In this document: positions 31,097-40,253 of the stretch, in pieces
How the letters are laid out: each line of letters begins with the position of its first letter
Numbering within the stretch: the stretch's first letter is position 1
Source: an uncultured Pseudoalteromonas sp.
GTDB taxonomy: Bacteria; Pseudomonadota; Gammaproteobacteria; Enterobacterales; Alteromonadaceae
Direction: 5' to 3'
DNA length: 50,489 bases
Assembly: GCA_964564805.1 (NCBI GenBank)
Contig: CAZMDX010000681.1
Span: 1-50,489 of the forward strand
Notes under the pieces: generated by a model
Database searches by the model: none
Told to the model about the DNA's origin: nothing
The model's input: the letters and a program-made list of their open reading frames with translations, nothing else
Program-made: the position numbers and the translations under genes

Positions 31097-31588
31097 CTAG
31101 TTTAATTGTTTAAGCAAATCCGAGCCCTTTGCAGACTTGGCCTGCATCGATAGAACACGACCTGTTTTTTTGTACTCAATACTAATGTGTAAATCCGCTG
31201 GTGCCAAGAGGCTAGCACCTTTGTCTGGCCATTCAATCAAACAAATACAATCAGGATCAAAATAATCACGAATACCCATATATTCTAATTCTTCAGGGTC
31301 AGATAAACGATACAAATCAAAGTGAAAGACTCGCCAGCCAGCTATTTCATAAGGTTCAACTAAGGTGTATGTAGGGCTTTTGACATTACCTTTATGTCCT
31401 AATTGTTGAATAAAACCTCGACTGAAAGTAGTTTTACCTGCACCTAAATCTCCTTCAAGATAAATCACCATACCTTGATGGCAATGTTGTGCCAATTTTC
31501 CAGCCAAAGCAACTGTGGCCTCTTCATCTGCTAATTCATAATGAACCGGCGACAATTCAGTTTTTTGGGTAATCAAAGAAATACTCAT
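31097..31588 (-). CDS. tsaE: tRNA threonylcarbamoyladenosine biosynthesis ATPase
   Basis: GDLGAGKTT, VKSPTYTLVEPY, HFDLYRL and IEWP. ATGA overlap with the nnr stop. Confidence 0.97.
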   Translation of the reverse strand: MSISLITQKTELSPVHYELADEEATVALAGKLAQHCHQGMVIYLEGDLGAGKTTFSRGFIQQLGHKGNVKSPTYTLVEPYEIAGWRVFHFDLYRLSDPEELEYMGIRDYFDPDCICLIEWPDKGASLLAPADLHISIEYKKTGRVLSMQAKSAKGSDLLKQLN

Positions 31589-33138
31589 AATCCGTTAACA
31601 ATGGCTCGTAAAGGTTGCAATAAATCTGAAGCAATCATACCACGTTGACCATATTGTATGGCAACTCTGTCTCCTGCTTCAGCATGGGCGCATACGCCAT
31701 ATACAGCGGCTTTTTGAGCAGTAAACCCTTGTGCTAAAAAAGCGCCAATAATGCCGGTTAATAAATCACCCATACCCGCTGTTGCCATACCAGGGTTACC
31801 ACCTTTGCATACCCAACACTGTGGCCCTAAGAGTGAACCATCTGTTTGAATAATTGTACCAGCACCTTTTAATACGCAGGTAGCTATATACTTTTGAGCC
31901 ATATCTTGACTGGCCAAATACCTATCGTCTTCAATTTTTGTAATGTTGCAGTTCAATAATCGACTCGCCTCCCCGGGATGAGGTGTCAATACTAATGCGG
32001 GTAGTTGGGTCAAAGTGTTCTGGATGTCCGCATCGATTGTCATAGATGACAGAATATTTAGTGCGTCAGCATCGATAACTAGTGGTTTAGGATGACGTTT
32101 TAGGTATGCCAATAAACAATAAAACTGCTGCTGCGCCCAATCATCTTGACCTAATCCCGGTCCGACGACCACACAACTACACCAGTCTAATGCTAACTCA
32201 AGTTCTCTATGAGTTAGCATTATTTCTGGACGACCAGCAGAGATAGTCAAGCTATTGGTCTCATGACAATATACTTTTACCAATCCTACTCCACTGCGTA
32301 AGGCAGATTCGGCAGTGAGTCGAATTGCACCAGCCATGCCTTGGTTTCCCCCTATACACAACAATTTGCCAAAAGAGCCTTTATTGCCATTAACAGGCCT
32401 AGCACTAAATGGTTGCAACATAGTCATGTCGACTAATTGCGCCTCGCTGCGTGCGATGCTAAAAAATTCCGTACCTACAGCCAAATCATTAAAAATGACC
32501 TTGCCACAATATTCTTTACCCATACCGCTGATTAATCCCGGTTTGATTGCAATAAAAGTGATGGTCACATTAGCATTGATACAAATAGGAAGCGCTTGCC
32601 CTGTATCAGCGTGCATTCCAGATGGTAAATCAATACTCAAAATTGGAGTATGTGATTGATTAATTTGTTCAATAACGGTTATAAATGTTAGTTTGACGTC
32701 GCCAGTTACTCCAGTACCTAACAATGTATCCACTATCACATCATATTGTGTATAGTCTCGTTCCCCAAATTTATGTGTTTCACCACCCAGTTTTTGCCAT
32801 CCCATTTGCGCTTGTTTTGCATCATCAGCCAATTTTCTAGTGGGCTGTTCACACACGACCTCAACATTCATACCTTGCTGTTTAGCCAGTGTAGCTAGTA
32901 CATAACCATCACCTGCATTATTTCCATTACCAGCAACAACTAAAATATTTTGTGTCTCAGGCCATTCGTTAATTAATAATTGAAACGCTGCTTTACCAGC
33001 TCGCTGCATTAATTCAAACATACTACATCCAGCCAACAGAGCTGCCTCAGGTTCCATTGTTCTGACTTGTTCTGAACTCACTATTTTATGTGCTAAACTC
33101 GCGTTCGCTTGCTCGGTTAACAGGTTTGTCAATGTCAT
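31585..33138 (-). CDS. nnr: Bifunctional NAD(P)HX epimerase/dehydratase
   Basis: LMQRAG, GNNAGDG, DLPSG, GPGLG, DADALN, TPHPGEA, LKG.GT and GMATAGMGD.LTG. Confidence 0.95.
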   Translation of the reverse strand: MTLTNLLTEQANASLAHKIVSSEQVRTMEPEAALLAGCSMFELMQRAGKAAFQLLINEWPETQNILVVAGNGNNAGDGYVLATLAKQQGMNVEVVCEQPTRKLADDAKQAQMGWQKLGGETHKFGERDYTQYDVIVDTLLGTGVTGDVKLTFITVIEQINQSHTPILSIDLPSGMHADTGQALPICINANVTITFIAIKPGLISGMGKEYCGKVIFNDLAVGTEFFSIARSEAQLVDMTMLQPFSARPVNGNKGSFGKLLCIGGNQGMAGAIRLTAESALRSGVGLVKVYCHETNSLTISAGRPEIMLTHRELELALDWCSCVVVGPGLGQDDWAQQQFYCLLAYLKRHPKPLVIDADALNILSSMTIDADIQNTLTQLPALVLTPHPGEASRLLNCNITKIEDDRYLASQDMAQKYIATCVLKGAGTIIQTDGSLLGPQCWVCKGGNPGMATAGMGDLLTGIIGAFLAQGFTAQKAAVYGVCAHAEAGDRVAIQYGQRGMIASDLLQPLRAIVNGL

Positions 33139-34277
33139 TTCTTAACACCTCTGAATTACTATCTTTGGCTGAAAATATCAAGGCTTGGGGGAAAGTGCTA
33201 GGTTTTCAACAAGTAGGGATCTGTGATGTTGATCTCAAACAGCATGAATCTCATCTGCAAGCTTGGCTAGATAAAGGCTACGCAGGTGAAATGCATTATA
33301 TGGCAGAGCATGGTATGAAAAGAGCCAGACCAGCAGAATTGTTGCCTGGTACGCTGAGAGTTATCAGTGTGAGAATGGATTACTTGCCTCCCAATGCAAA
33401 ATTTGCCCATACCTTAAAAAACAAACAGCAAGCGTACATCAGCCGTTATGCACTTGGTCGAGATTATCACAAGTTGATGCGTAGTCGACTAAAAAAGCTA
33501 GGTGAAAAAATTAAGACTGAATGTTCAGAATTAAATTTCCGACCTTTTGTTGACTCAGCTCCAGTACTTGAACATGCCATTGCTGAAAAAGCCGGTATTG
33601 GCTGGACAGGTAAGCATTCACTTACTATCAATAAAGAAGCCGGTTCATGGTTTTTTTTGGGCGAGTTGTTTGTTGATATCCCCTTACCTGTTGATAAACC
33701 GGTGAAAGAAAACTGTGGTAGTTGCAACGCTTGTATGACTATTTGTCCCACCCAAGCAATAGTAGAACCCTATGTTGTGGATGCAAGACGTTGTATTTCA
33801 TATCTGACGATTGAGCAAAAGGGCTCTATCCCTGAACAATACCGTTCATTGATTGGTAACCGTGTTTATGGATGTGATGATTGCCAACTTATCTGTCCTT
33901 GGAATCGCTATGCCAATATTACTGATGAAGCTGATTTTCATCCAAGGCAAAAATTGATGAGCCAAGAACTGATCGAGTTATTTGCTTGGGATGAGCAAAC
34001 TTTTTTAAAAAATACCGAAGGTTCGGCGATAAGACGTATTGGCTTTGAACGTTGGCAACGCAATTTAGCGGTGGGTTTAGGTAACGCGCCTTACTCAATT
34101 AAAATCGTTAGTACTTTACAGGCCGCTTTAAGCCAATCAACAGATTTAGTTAAAGAGCATATTCAATGGGCCTTGATGCAGCACGAAAATAAAACGCCGC
34201 AGAATGAAAAATTGGATAGCCGATTAACTCGAAGGTTAGTGCGTAGCGTCGAAAAAGGATTAGTTAGGGACGCTTAG
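33132..34277 (+). CDS. queG: Epoxyqueuosine reductase
   Basis: ISRYALGRDYH, FVDSAPVLE, GSWFFLGE, CGSCNACM.ICPT, CISYLTIE and YGCDDCQL.CPWN. The ATG at 33132 is the preferred start. Confidence 0.96.
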   Translation: MSFLNTSELLSLAENIKAWGKVLGFQQVGICDVDLKQHESHLQAWLDKGYAGEMHYMAEHGMKRARPAELLPGTLRVISVRMDYLPPNAKFAHTLKNKQQAYISRYALGRDYHKLMRSRLKKLGEKIKTECSELNFRPFVDSAPVLEHAIAEKAGIGWTGKHSLTINKEAGSWFFLGELFVDIPLPVDKPVKENCGSCNACMTICPTQAIVEPYVVDARRCISYLTIEQKGSIPEQYRSLIGNRVYGCDDCQLICPWNRYANITDEADFHPRQKLMSQELIELFAWDEQTFLKNTEGSAIRRIGFERWQRNLAVGLGNAPYSIKIVSTLQAALSQSTDLVKEHIQWALMQHENKTPQNEKLDSRLTRRLVRSVEKGLVRDA

Positions 34278-34301
34278 TTAGGGACGCTTAGTTAGAGTCG
34301 T
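34260..34301. repeat. 14-bp tandem repeat spanning the queG stop codon
   Basis: TTAGTTAGGGACGC x2 plus degenerate TTAGTTAGAGTCGT. Confidence 0.85.
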
Positions 34302-34336
34302 GTGTTTAGCTCAAAATATGTATTTTTGATGCTAAG

Positions 34337-34354
34337 TTACAAGCGAACTTGTAA
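34337..34354. terminator. Hairpin between convergent queG and the CheW-like gene
   Basis: TTACAAG-CGAA-CTTGTAA (TTCG loop on the minus strand). No clear U tract. Confidence 0.3.
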
Positions 34355-34383
34355 ACGTTTAGAGAATTTTAATCTAGCCAACT

Positions 34384-34776
34384 CTAAACGTAATCTTTAA
34401 CAATCCTGCTTACCGACGCATGAGAACACGAAAGCTGAATGTTTGACTCAATATGATCTGCTGGATAACCATACAAGCCAAAACGATTTCCACGACTATG
34501 ACTAATAATGAGAGCAAAATTTGGATGAAAATCAATATCCCCACGAAAAGGGTCTAAAACAGGTATTTTGTATCTTGCCAGATGTAAAAGGCCTATTTTT
34601 CTGCCACTTTGAAATACTATCTTATCAAATATCGGTTTTTCAATAATGGCATAAACAGCAAACTTAGGGATCTGAACGGGTACACCCTGCCAGACCATTT
34701 GGATTATTTGTAGTTCCTTAGCCAACGATGATATTGACTTGGGTAATTCAAATGTTTTCATCATTTCCCCTGACAT
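34384..34776 (-). CDS. Hypothetical protein, possibly a divergent CheW-like fold
   Basis: 130-aa ORF with pattern IP..AV..II, IGLL.L..YKIPVLD, I..SRGNRFGL..D resembling CheW/ChpC. Confidence 0.55.
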   Translation of the reverse strand: MSGEMMKTFELPKSISSLAKELQIIQMVWQGVPVQIPKFAVYAIIEKPIFDKIVFQSGRKIGLLHLARYKIPVLDPFRGDIDFHPNFALIISHSRGNRFGLYGYPADHIESNIQLSCSHASVSRIVKDYV

Positions 34777-34828
34777 CAGCTCACGCTTATTAAAATATAA
34801 CTTACTAAAAGAAAAAGTACATAAGCTG

Positions 34829-35542
34829 TTAAAAATTTAAATAGTAATCTTCGCAAAGAGCAATATATTCTTTGGAATAACTACCTAAATGGTCGTAAAT
34901 ACTCAGTAATTCACTGGTTTTTTTTTGATTAATGCGCCGAAACTCTAATAAAAGACGTATCACGTGTGTGTTGTGTTTTGATTGCACCTGAAGTTCCCGA
35001 GTACAATACAAACCTAGTGTTTTAGCACCCACTATGAATACCTTAGCCACATCTACTGGCAACACACAACAAAATCGGCCGCTAGAAGATAGGTGATTTG
35101 TCACTGCTCGTATAAGTGTTGCATGATCCAGCTCAGTGGTTTGCCGGGCATTGAATCTATTTTTGGCAGCACACGTTTTATTTGCAGTAATGTTGATCGA
35201 AAAATATGGTGGGTTACAGACAATCAAGTCATAACTTTTGCCACAAGCAAAATGTTGTAAGCTAGTATGATAAAATGTCAATCGCTGTGCCCAAGGGCAA
35301 TCTTTAGCATTATCTGTCGCTTGCGAAATTGCGGCTGCGTCAATATCTAAACCATCTATTGTACAAACATTTTGTGCTTTTTGAGCCAACATAATGCCTA
35401 ATAAACCACTACCGGTGCCTATATCTAATATACGTTGGGCATTTTTAGGTTGTACCCAACTCCCTAACATAATACTGTCAGTACCCACTTTCATGGCACA
35501 GGCATCGTGTTTAATTATGAATTGTTTGAATCTGAAGCTCAC
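34829..35542 (-). CDS. trmN: tRNA1(Val) adenine(37)-N6 methyltransferase (YfiC), GTG start
   Basis: FRFKQF.I.HD.CAMKVGTD..MLGSW, LDIGTGSG, NPPYF, AR and YS.EY..L..DYYL. Confidence 0.92.
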   Translation of the reverse strand: MSFRFKQFIIKHDACAMKVGTDSIMLGSWVQPKNAQRILDIGTGSGLLGIMLAQKAQNVCTIDGLDIDAAAISQATDNAKDCPWAQRLTFYHTSLQHFACGKSYDLIVCNPPYFSINITANKTCAAKNRFNARQTTELDHATLIRAVTNHLSSSGRFCCVLPVDVAKVFIVGAKTLGLYCTRELQVQSKHNTHVIRLLLEFRRINQKKTSELLSIYDHLGSYSKEYIALCEDYYLNF

Positions 35543-35543
35543 T

Positions 35544-36167
35544 TCAGAACACTTGTAAACGGATCATCTGAGCTGCCACATCAGCAACATGAACAGGCTT
35601 ATACTTGCTCAATCCACCTAGCATAAATGGAGATAATAATGGGGTTAGCATGTTAGCTAATTTCTCGGCAGGCCGCATCTCCTCTCGTTCACCTAGTAAC
35701 AAAGAGGGCCTGACAGCACAGGCATTATCCAACCCCGACATATTAATAATAGCATTCTCTAATTCACCTTTTACTCGTAAGTAAAAATTACTACTTTTTG
35801 CATTGGCGCCCACAGAAGAGATCCAAACAAAACTAATGGCGCGTTGCGCTCTGGCAAGTTGAGCAGCTATATGCACGTATTCGAAGTCTACTCTTCGGAA
35901 AGCACTTTTGTTACCCGCTTTTTTAATTGTTGTGCCTAAACAAACAAAGATATGCTGGGCACCAAAGTAACCTTGATAATCTTGCAAATTGTCGAAGTTA
36001 ACCACTATAGGCTGTACTTTTGATGCATTTCCAGTAAAAAAGTCATTTGATAATGGTTTACGCACCAAGCAAGTGACTGTTTGGTAGCGACGGTCTCGGC
36101 AAAGTTGCTCGACCAAAGCTTTACCAACTAAACCTGTAGCACCTAAAACCAAAGCCGTTTTTAACAT
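35544..36167 (-). CDS. NAD(P)-binding oxidoreductase, YraR/TIP30-like
   Basis: GATGLVG, CLGTTIKKAG...AFR.VD, SS.GAN.KS.NFYLRVKGE.E and RPSLLLGER. Confidence 0.88.
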   Translation of the reverse strand: MLKTALVLGATGLVGKALVEQLCRDRRYQTVTCLVRKPLSNDFFTGNASKVQPIVVNFDNLQDYQGYFGAQHIFVCLGTTIKKAGNKSAFRRVDFEYVHIAAQLARAQRAISFVWISSVGANAKSSNFYLRVKGELENAIINMSGLDNACAVRPSLLLGEREEMRPAEKLANMLTPLLSPFMLGGLSKYKPVHVADVAAQMIRLQVF

Positions 36168-36531
36168 GTGTTACCTGCAATTTTAAGTGTAAGTAAAAAC
36201 CTACAATTCGGTTAAAGGGGTTGCCCTTAAAATAATAATGCATCTTATCCTAATGGCGAGAACAAAGGCTAATAAGAAAAGTAGAATGAATAAGATCATC
36301 CAACCTGAGGAATTTTTTGGTATTTAGGAGTACTTTTTAGTTGCGCCCTGCAAGCTTAAAAAAGTGTCAATGACCTCTCTGATGGCAATTATCTAAACTT
36401 CACCCGATTAAAGCTTCCGCTTTCTATGCTTCGCACTTATATTGTCCTTAAACAAACATATGGTTGGCTAAGGTTTTTTGAATGCCTACCACAGTATCTT
36501 TACTCAGTTATTTTACGATTGGATTGTCTTG

Positions 36532-36562
36532 TCCAGATATCCAGATATCCAGATATCCAGAT
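36532..36562. repeat. (TCCAGATA)x3 plus TCCAGAT microsatellite
   Basis: Read directly. About 16 nt in excess of an intact IWISGQ coding sequence. Confidence 0.9.
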
Positions 36563-36635
36563 TTTAAGCTCTGCATCTAAATCAAAATGCCCGGCGGTTT
36601 CGATTTTAAATTGGGTAATAGCGCGGTAGGGAATC

Positions 36636-36650
36636 GAATGGAATGGAATG
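36636..36650. repeat. (GAATG)x3 microsatellite
   Basis: Read directly. About 10 nt in excess of an intact YHSIPY coding sequence. Confidence 0.9.
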
Positions 36651-36962
36651 GTAATCGACTTTACGGCCGGTCATACCTTGTTTGTCGATTAGGATCAGGC
36701 GTTTGTTAGTAAATACATACATATCCCGTATAACTCTAAATACATTCTGAAGACTTTCAGTATCACCGATAATCGGAGCTCGTTCTTCGGCCACTTCACT
36801 GATATTAACATCAGACGCGTTGCCAAGTAGTGAATTAAGGAATCCCATTTTTGTACCTTCAAGATTTTTAGTCACTGATCAGCATAATTATTGATGCGAA
36901 AATTGCAACTACAGGATAAAGTATATTTTGCTTAAACATCCTAATGATGGTGATAAAAATAT

Positions 36963-37958
36963 ATGTCCAGTGTGACCTTTGCTGACGTGCAATCTGCCAA
37001 AAAACGTATTAGCCCTTTTATTAATAAAACCCCAGTGCTTGAATCTCAATTATTAAATAGTTGGTTAGGGCATAAGATAATGTTCAAGGCAGAATGTTTT
37101 CAAAAAACAGGTGCATTTAAAATACGCGGAGCACTAAATATGTTGCTTAAAGCTAAGGAAGATGGACGTCTGGGCACTCACGTAGTAGCCAGCAGCTCGG
37201 GTAATCATGCACAAGCGGTGGCATATGCAGCCAAAATTCTGGGTGTCAGTGCAACTATCTTTAGTGCACATAATGTGTCAAAGGTGAAAGCTGCAGCCAC
37301 TTTGTATTATGGTGCAACCCTAGATTTAAGTGCGACCCGAAAAGAAGCTGATGAAAAGGTAGCAGAGGCAGCAAAAAAAGATGGTGTTTTATGGATGCCA
37401 CCTTTTAACCATAACGACATTATAGCGGGCCAAGGAACTGCTACTCTTGAAGCTCTTGAGCAAACAGGCGAGGTAGATAGTGTGTTTGCGCCGGTTGGTG
37501 GTGGCGGGTTGGTATCCGGCTCACTGATTAGCACCAGAGCTTTATATCCAAATGCAAGTGTTATAGGAGCTGAACCTTTAATAGCTAATGATGCCGCACA
37601 ATCTTTGCGTACTGGTGTTATTCAAACTTTACCAGAACAGCCGAATACTTTGGCTGACGGTGCTGCAACATTACAAGTTGGCGAAAAAACTTTTCCACAT
37701 CTGCAGGCTCTAGACGGTTTTTATGAAGTGGATGAGATACAAATCGCTTATTGGACTCAGTGGCTACAACATCTTCTGAAAATCCATGTTGAGCCCACTT
37801 GTGCGATGAGCATGGGCGGGGTAGTTGAGTGGCTTAAATCACAAAGCTGTGAACAAACAGTATTAGTGATGTTATCTGGCGGCAATATTGATCAACAAAA
37901 AATGTCTAAAATATGGCACGACGATCATTTATATCAAGTACCTAGTTTGTTGCTTTAA
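36963..37958 (+). CDS. PLP-dependent serine/threonine dehydratase family enzyme
   Basis: KAECFQKTGAFKIRGA, SSGNHAQ, IAGQGT, PVGGGGL, TLADG and SGGNID. No regulatory ACT domain. Confidence 0.9.
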   Translation: MSSVTFADVQSAKKRISPFINKTPVLESQLLNSWLGHKIMFKAECFQKTGAFKIRGALNMLLKAKEDGRLGTHVVASSSGNHAQAVAYAAKILGVSATIFSAHNVSKVKAAATLYYGATLDLSATRKEADEKVAEAAKKDGVLWMPPFNHNDIIAGQGTATLEALEQTGEVDSVFAPVGGGGLVSGSLISTRALYPNASVIGAEPLIANDAAQSLRTGVIQTLPEQPNTLADGAATLQVGEKTFPHLQALDGFYEVDEIQIAYWTQWLQHLLKIHVEPTCAMSMGGVVEWLKSQSCEQTVLVMLSGGNIDQQKMSKIWHDDHLYQVPSLLL

Positions 37959-38442
37959 AATAATTATTTTGGCTCATGATTCGCAGCTACCCATCTATTT
38001 ATAAGGAAATCGAACGATTGAATGCTCAAATTAATCAACCAAACACATGTTTTGAATAATTGGAGTCAAAATCTACCAAATTTTGAGATTAGTATCCGAT
38101 ACAGTAATACGCAGTGCTAACACTACGGTCTATATAAAGACGTAAACCAAGCTTTATTGATAAACAAATAAGGTTAATTTTTAAGCTGTTATAGTCGTTT
38201 CATGTCGTTGGTTAATGCTCTAATAGATTGCCCTTAGGTTTAGATTATTTTAGAAGCTCAATTTTTTTAAATAATTTAAACGTCATCAAATTAAGATCTG
38301 CAGACTGACTCGGTTGCCACAAAATATGCTTTGCAAAGCTATTTTATCATTCAGACAGATTTATTAGTAAGCATCATTCTGCAAGTCTTGCATCAAATAA
38401 AAATCTAGGGCAAATTATGTAAAACGTTTATGTGGAGCATTT

Positions 38443-40098
38443 GTGAAAATAATATCTTTTTTCTGTTTGTTTTTTGTCAGCACAACGATACTGGCTGCAT
38501 CTAGCCATATTGGCAATGTCAAAGGTTATACCCTCAATAATGCTGGGGAACTTGTTCATTTTTCAAATATGGTGTTTGACGGGGGGAAAGTTGTGGCCAT
38601 CGGCGCAGAAGAGCTTCGCCAAAAATATCCCGATGCAAACTACATAGACGGTAAAAATAAAGTTTTATTACCGGGTCTAATTGATGCGCACGGTCATGTG
38701 ATGGGGTTAGGTGAAACCTTATTACAGGTTGATTTGCGTGAAAGCAAATCGGCTTTAGATGCGGCAAAAATGGTACAGGCTTATGCCAAAACCCAACAAG
38801 ATCTCGCTTGGATAATTGGGCGAGGCTGGAATCAAGTGCTTTGGCCAGATAAGGCTTATCCCACGGCTAGCTTGTTAGATGAGTATGTCAATGATAAGCC
38901 AGTGATGTTGTCAAGAGTAGACGGTCATGCGAGCTGGGTTAATACCAAAGCGCTTGAAATAGCTGGTATCACCAAAGATACACTTGACCCACCAGGCGGC
39001 AAAATTGTACGAGATACAAAAGGTAATCCTACAGGCGTTTTGATTGATAACGCTGAGAGCCTGTTACTCAAATACCTGCCTAAAACCTCTGATGCTAATT
39101 TGACTGCGCAATTAAATGCAGCAGGTAGGCACCTTCTTTCTAAGGGTATTACTAGTGTCCATGATGCAGGCATCGATTTTGCTGTGTATAACTACTATCA
39201 AAAACGTGTCACAGAACACTCACTACCTGTTCGAATTTATCCTATGATTGCAGCCACTTCTGCTCAGTTAGATCAATTGTTAAAAAATGGCTATGTGCAA
39301 GATCAGTATGACTGGTTATCAGTCAAAAGCGTTAAAGTATACGGTGACGGGGCACTAGGCAGTAGAGGTGCAGCTTTGTTACAGCCATATTCTGACGATC
39401 CAGATAACCGTGGTTTATTGGTTACTCGTGAACAAGACTTAAAGCCACTATTTGATCTGGTATTGGGCCATGGATTTCAACTCAACTTTCATGCGATCGG
39501 CGACAAAGCCAATCGTTTAGCCTTAGATCAGTTCGCTGATAGTTTTAAACGGATTGGGGGCAAATCACTGCGTAATAGAGTTGAACATGCTCAAGTTATA
39601 AATGTTGACGATATTCCTCGCTTTAAAACGCTGAATATTATTCCTGCCATGCAACCTACTCACGCCACTAGTGACATGAATATGGCACAAGATAGGATTG
39701 GTGCGGATAGACTAAAAGGCGCTTATGCTTGGCAAACATTTTTAAAACAAGGTTCGCCAGTGGCTTTTGGTTCTGATTTTCCGGTAGAACTTGCCAACCC
39801 ATTCTTTGGTTTACATGCTGCTGTAACTAGACAAAACCGTCAAAATTCACCACCAGATGGCTGGATAGAGAGTGAAACGGTCACAGTCAAACAAGCCTTT
39901 CGAGGATTTACTCTAGATGCTGCTTACGCGGCACATCAAGAGCATATATTAGGAGGGCTAACGACTGGAAAATGGGCTGATTTTATTTTACTCGATCAAG
40001 ATGTTTTTTCTATTGCGCCTCAAGATATTTGGAAAACTCGAGTATTAGAAACGTGGATCGCAGGTGAAAAGCGTTTCGAAATAAAACAAACTAATTAA
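38443..40098 (+). CDS. Exported metal-dependent amidohydrolase, YtcJ-like (Amidohydro_3), GTG start
   Basis: Signal peptide, PGLIDAHGH, RVDGHA.WVN, DGALGSRGA, HAIGD, RVEHAQ, MQPTH, GSDFPVE and GKWADF. Confidence 0.92.
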   Translation: MKIISFFCLFFVSTTILAASSHIGNVKGYTLNNAGELVHFSNMVFDGGKVVAIGAEELRQKYPDANYIDGKNKVLLPGLIDAHGHVMGLGETLLQVDLRESKSALDAAKMVQAYAKTQQDLAWIIGRGWNQVLWPDKAYPTASLLDEYVNDKPVMLSRVDGHASWVNTKALEIAGITKDTLDPPGGKIVRDTKGNPTGVLIDNAESLLLKYLPKTSDANLTAQLNAAGRHLLSKGITSVHDAGIDFAVYNYYQKRVTEHSLPVRIYPMIAATSAQLDQLLKNGYVQDQYDWLSVKSVKVYGDGALGSRGAALLQPYSDDPDNRGLLVTREQDLKPLFDLVLGHGFQLNFHAIGDKANRLALDQFADSFKRIGGKSLRNRVEHAQVINVDDIPRFKTLNIIPAMQPTHATSDMNMAQDRIGADRLKGAYAWQTFLKQGSPVAFGSDFPVELANPFFGLHAAVTRQNRQNSPPDGWIESETVTVKQAFRGFTLDAAYAAHQEHILGGLTTGKWADFILLDQDVFSIAPQDIWKTRVLETWIAGEKRFEIKQTN

Positions 40099-40253
40099 AT
40101 TATTGAAAAGCTATTGACCAAGGTTAACCAAACGCTGGTATTCTTTGAATAAAACACCGTTTGTGTTAATTTAAGGTTAGTTAAATGTAAATTGGTGATT
40201 TTAATATAGGGCTAGAATGACCAAGTAAGAAAATACGAAATAAGGTATTCGCG

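Larger units (their letters stand above)
36448..36848 (-). pseudogene. Bacterial PH-domain (bPH_1/YvbH-like) protein pseudogene
   Basis: MGFLNSLLGNAS...IRDMYVFTNKRLILIDKQGMTGRKVDYHSIP continues in shifted frames as YRAITQFKIETAGHFDLDAELKIWISG and QDNPIVK*LSKDTVVGIQKTLANHMFV*. Broken by two repeat expansions and a TAA at 36508-36510. Confidence 0.9.

Noticed and set aside
34260-34301. CRISPR-like repeat
   Set aside because: The units are adjacent with no spacers, are only 14 bp, and no cas genes are present.
36190-36440. Possible small membrane-protein remnant downstream of the PH pseudogene (WMILFILLFLLAFVLAI on the minus strand)
   Set aside because: Too short and interrupted to support any call.
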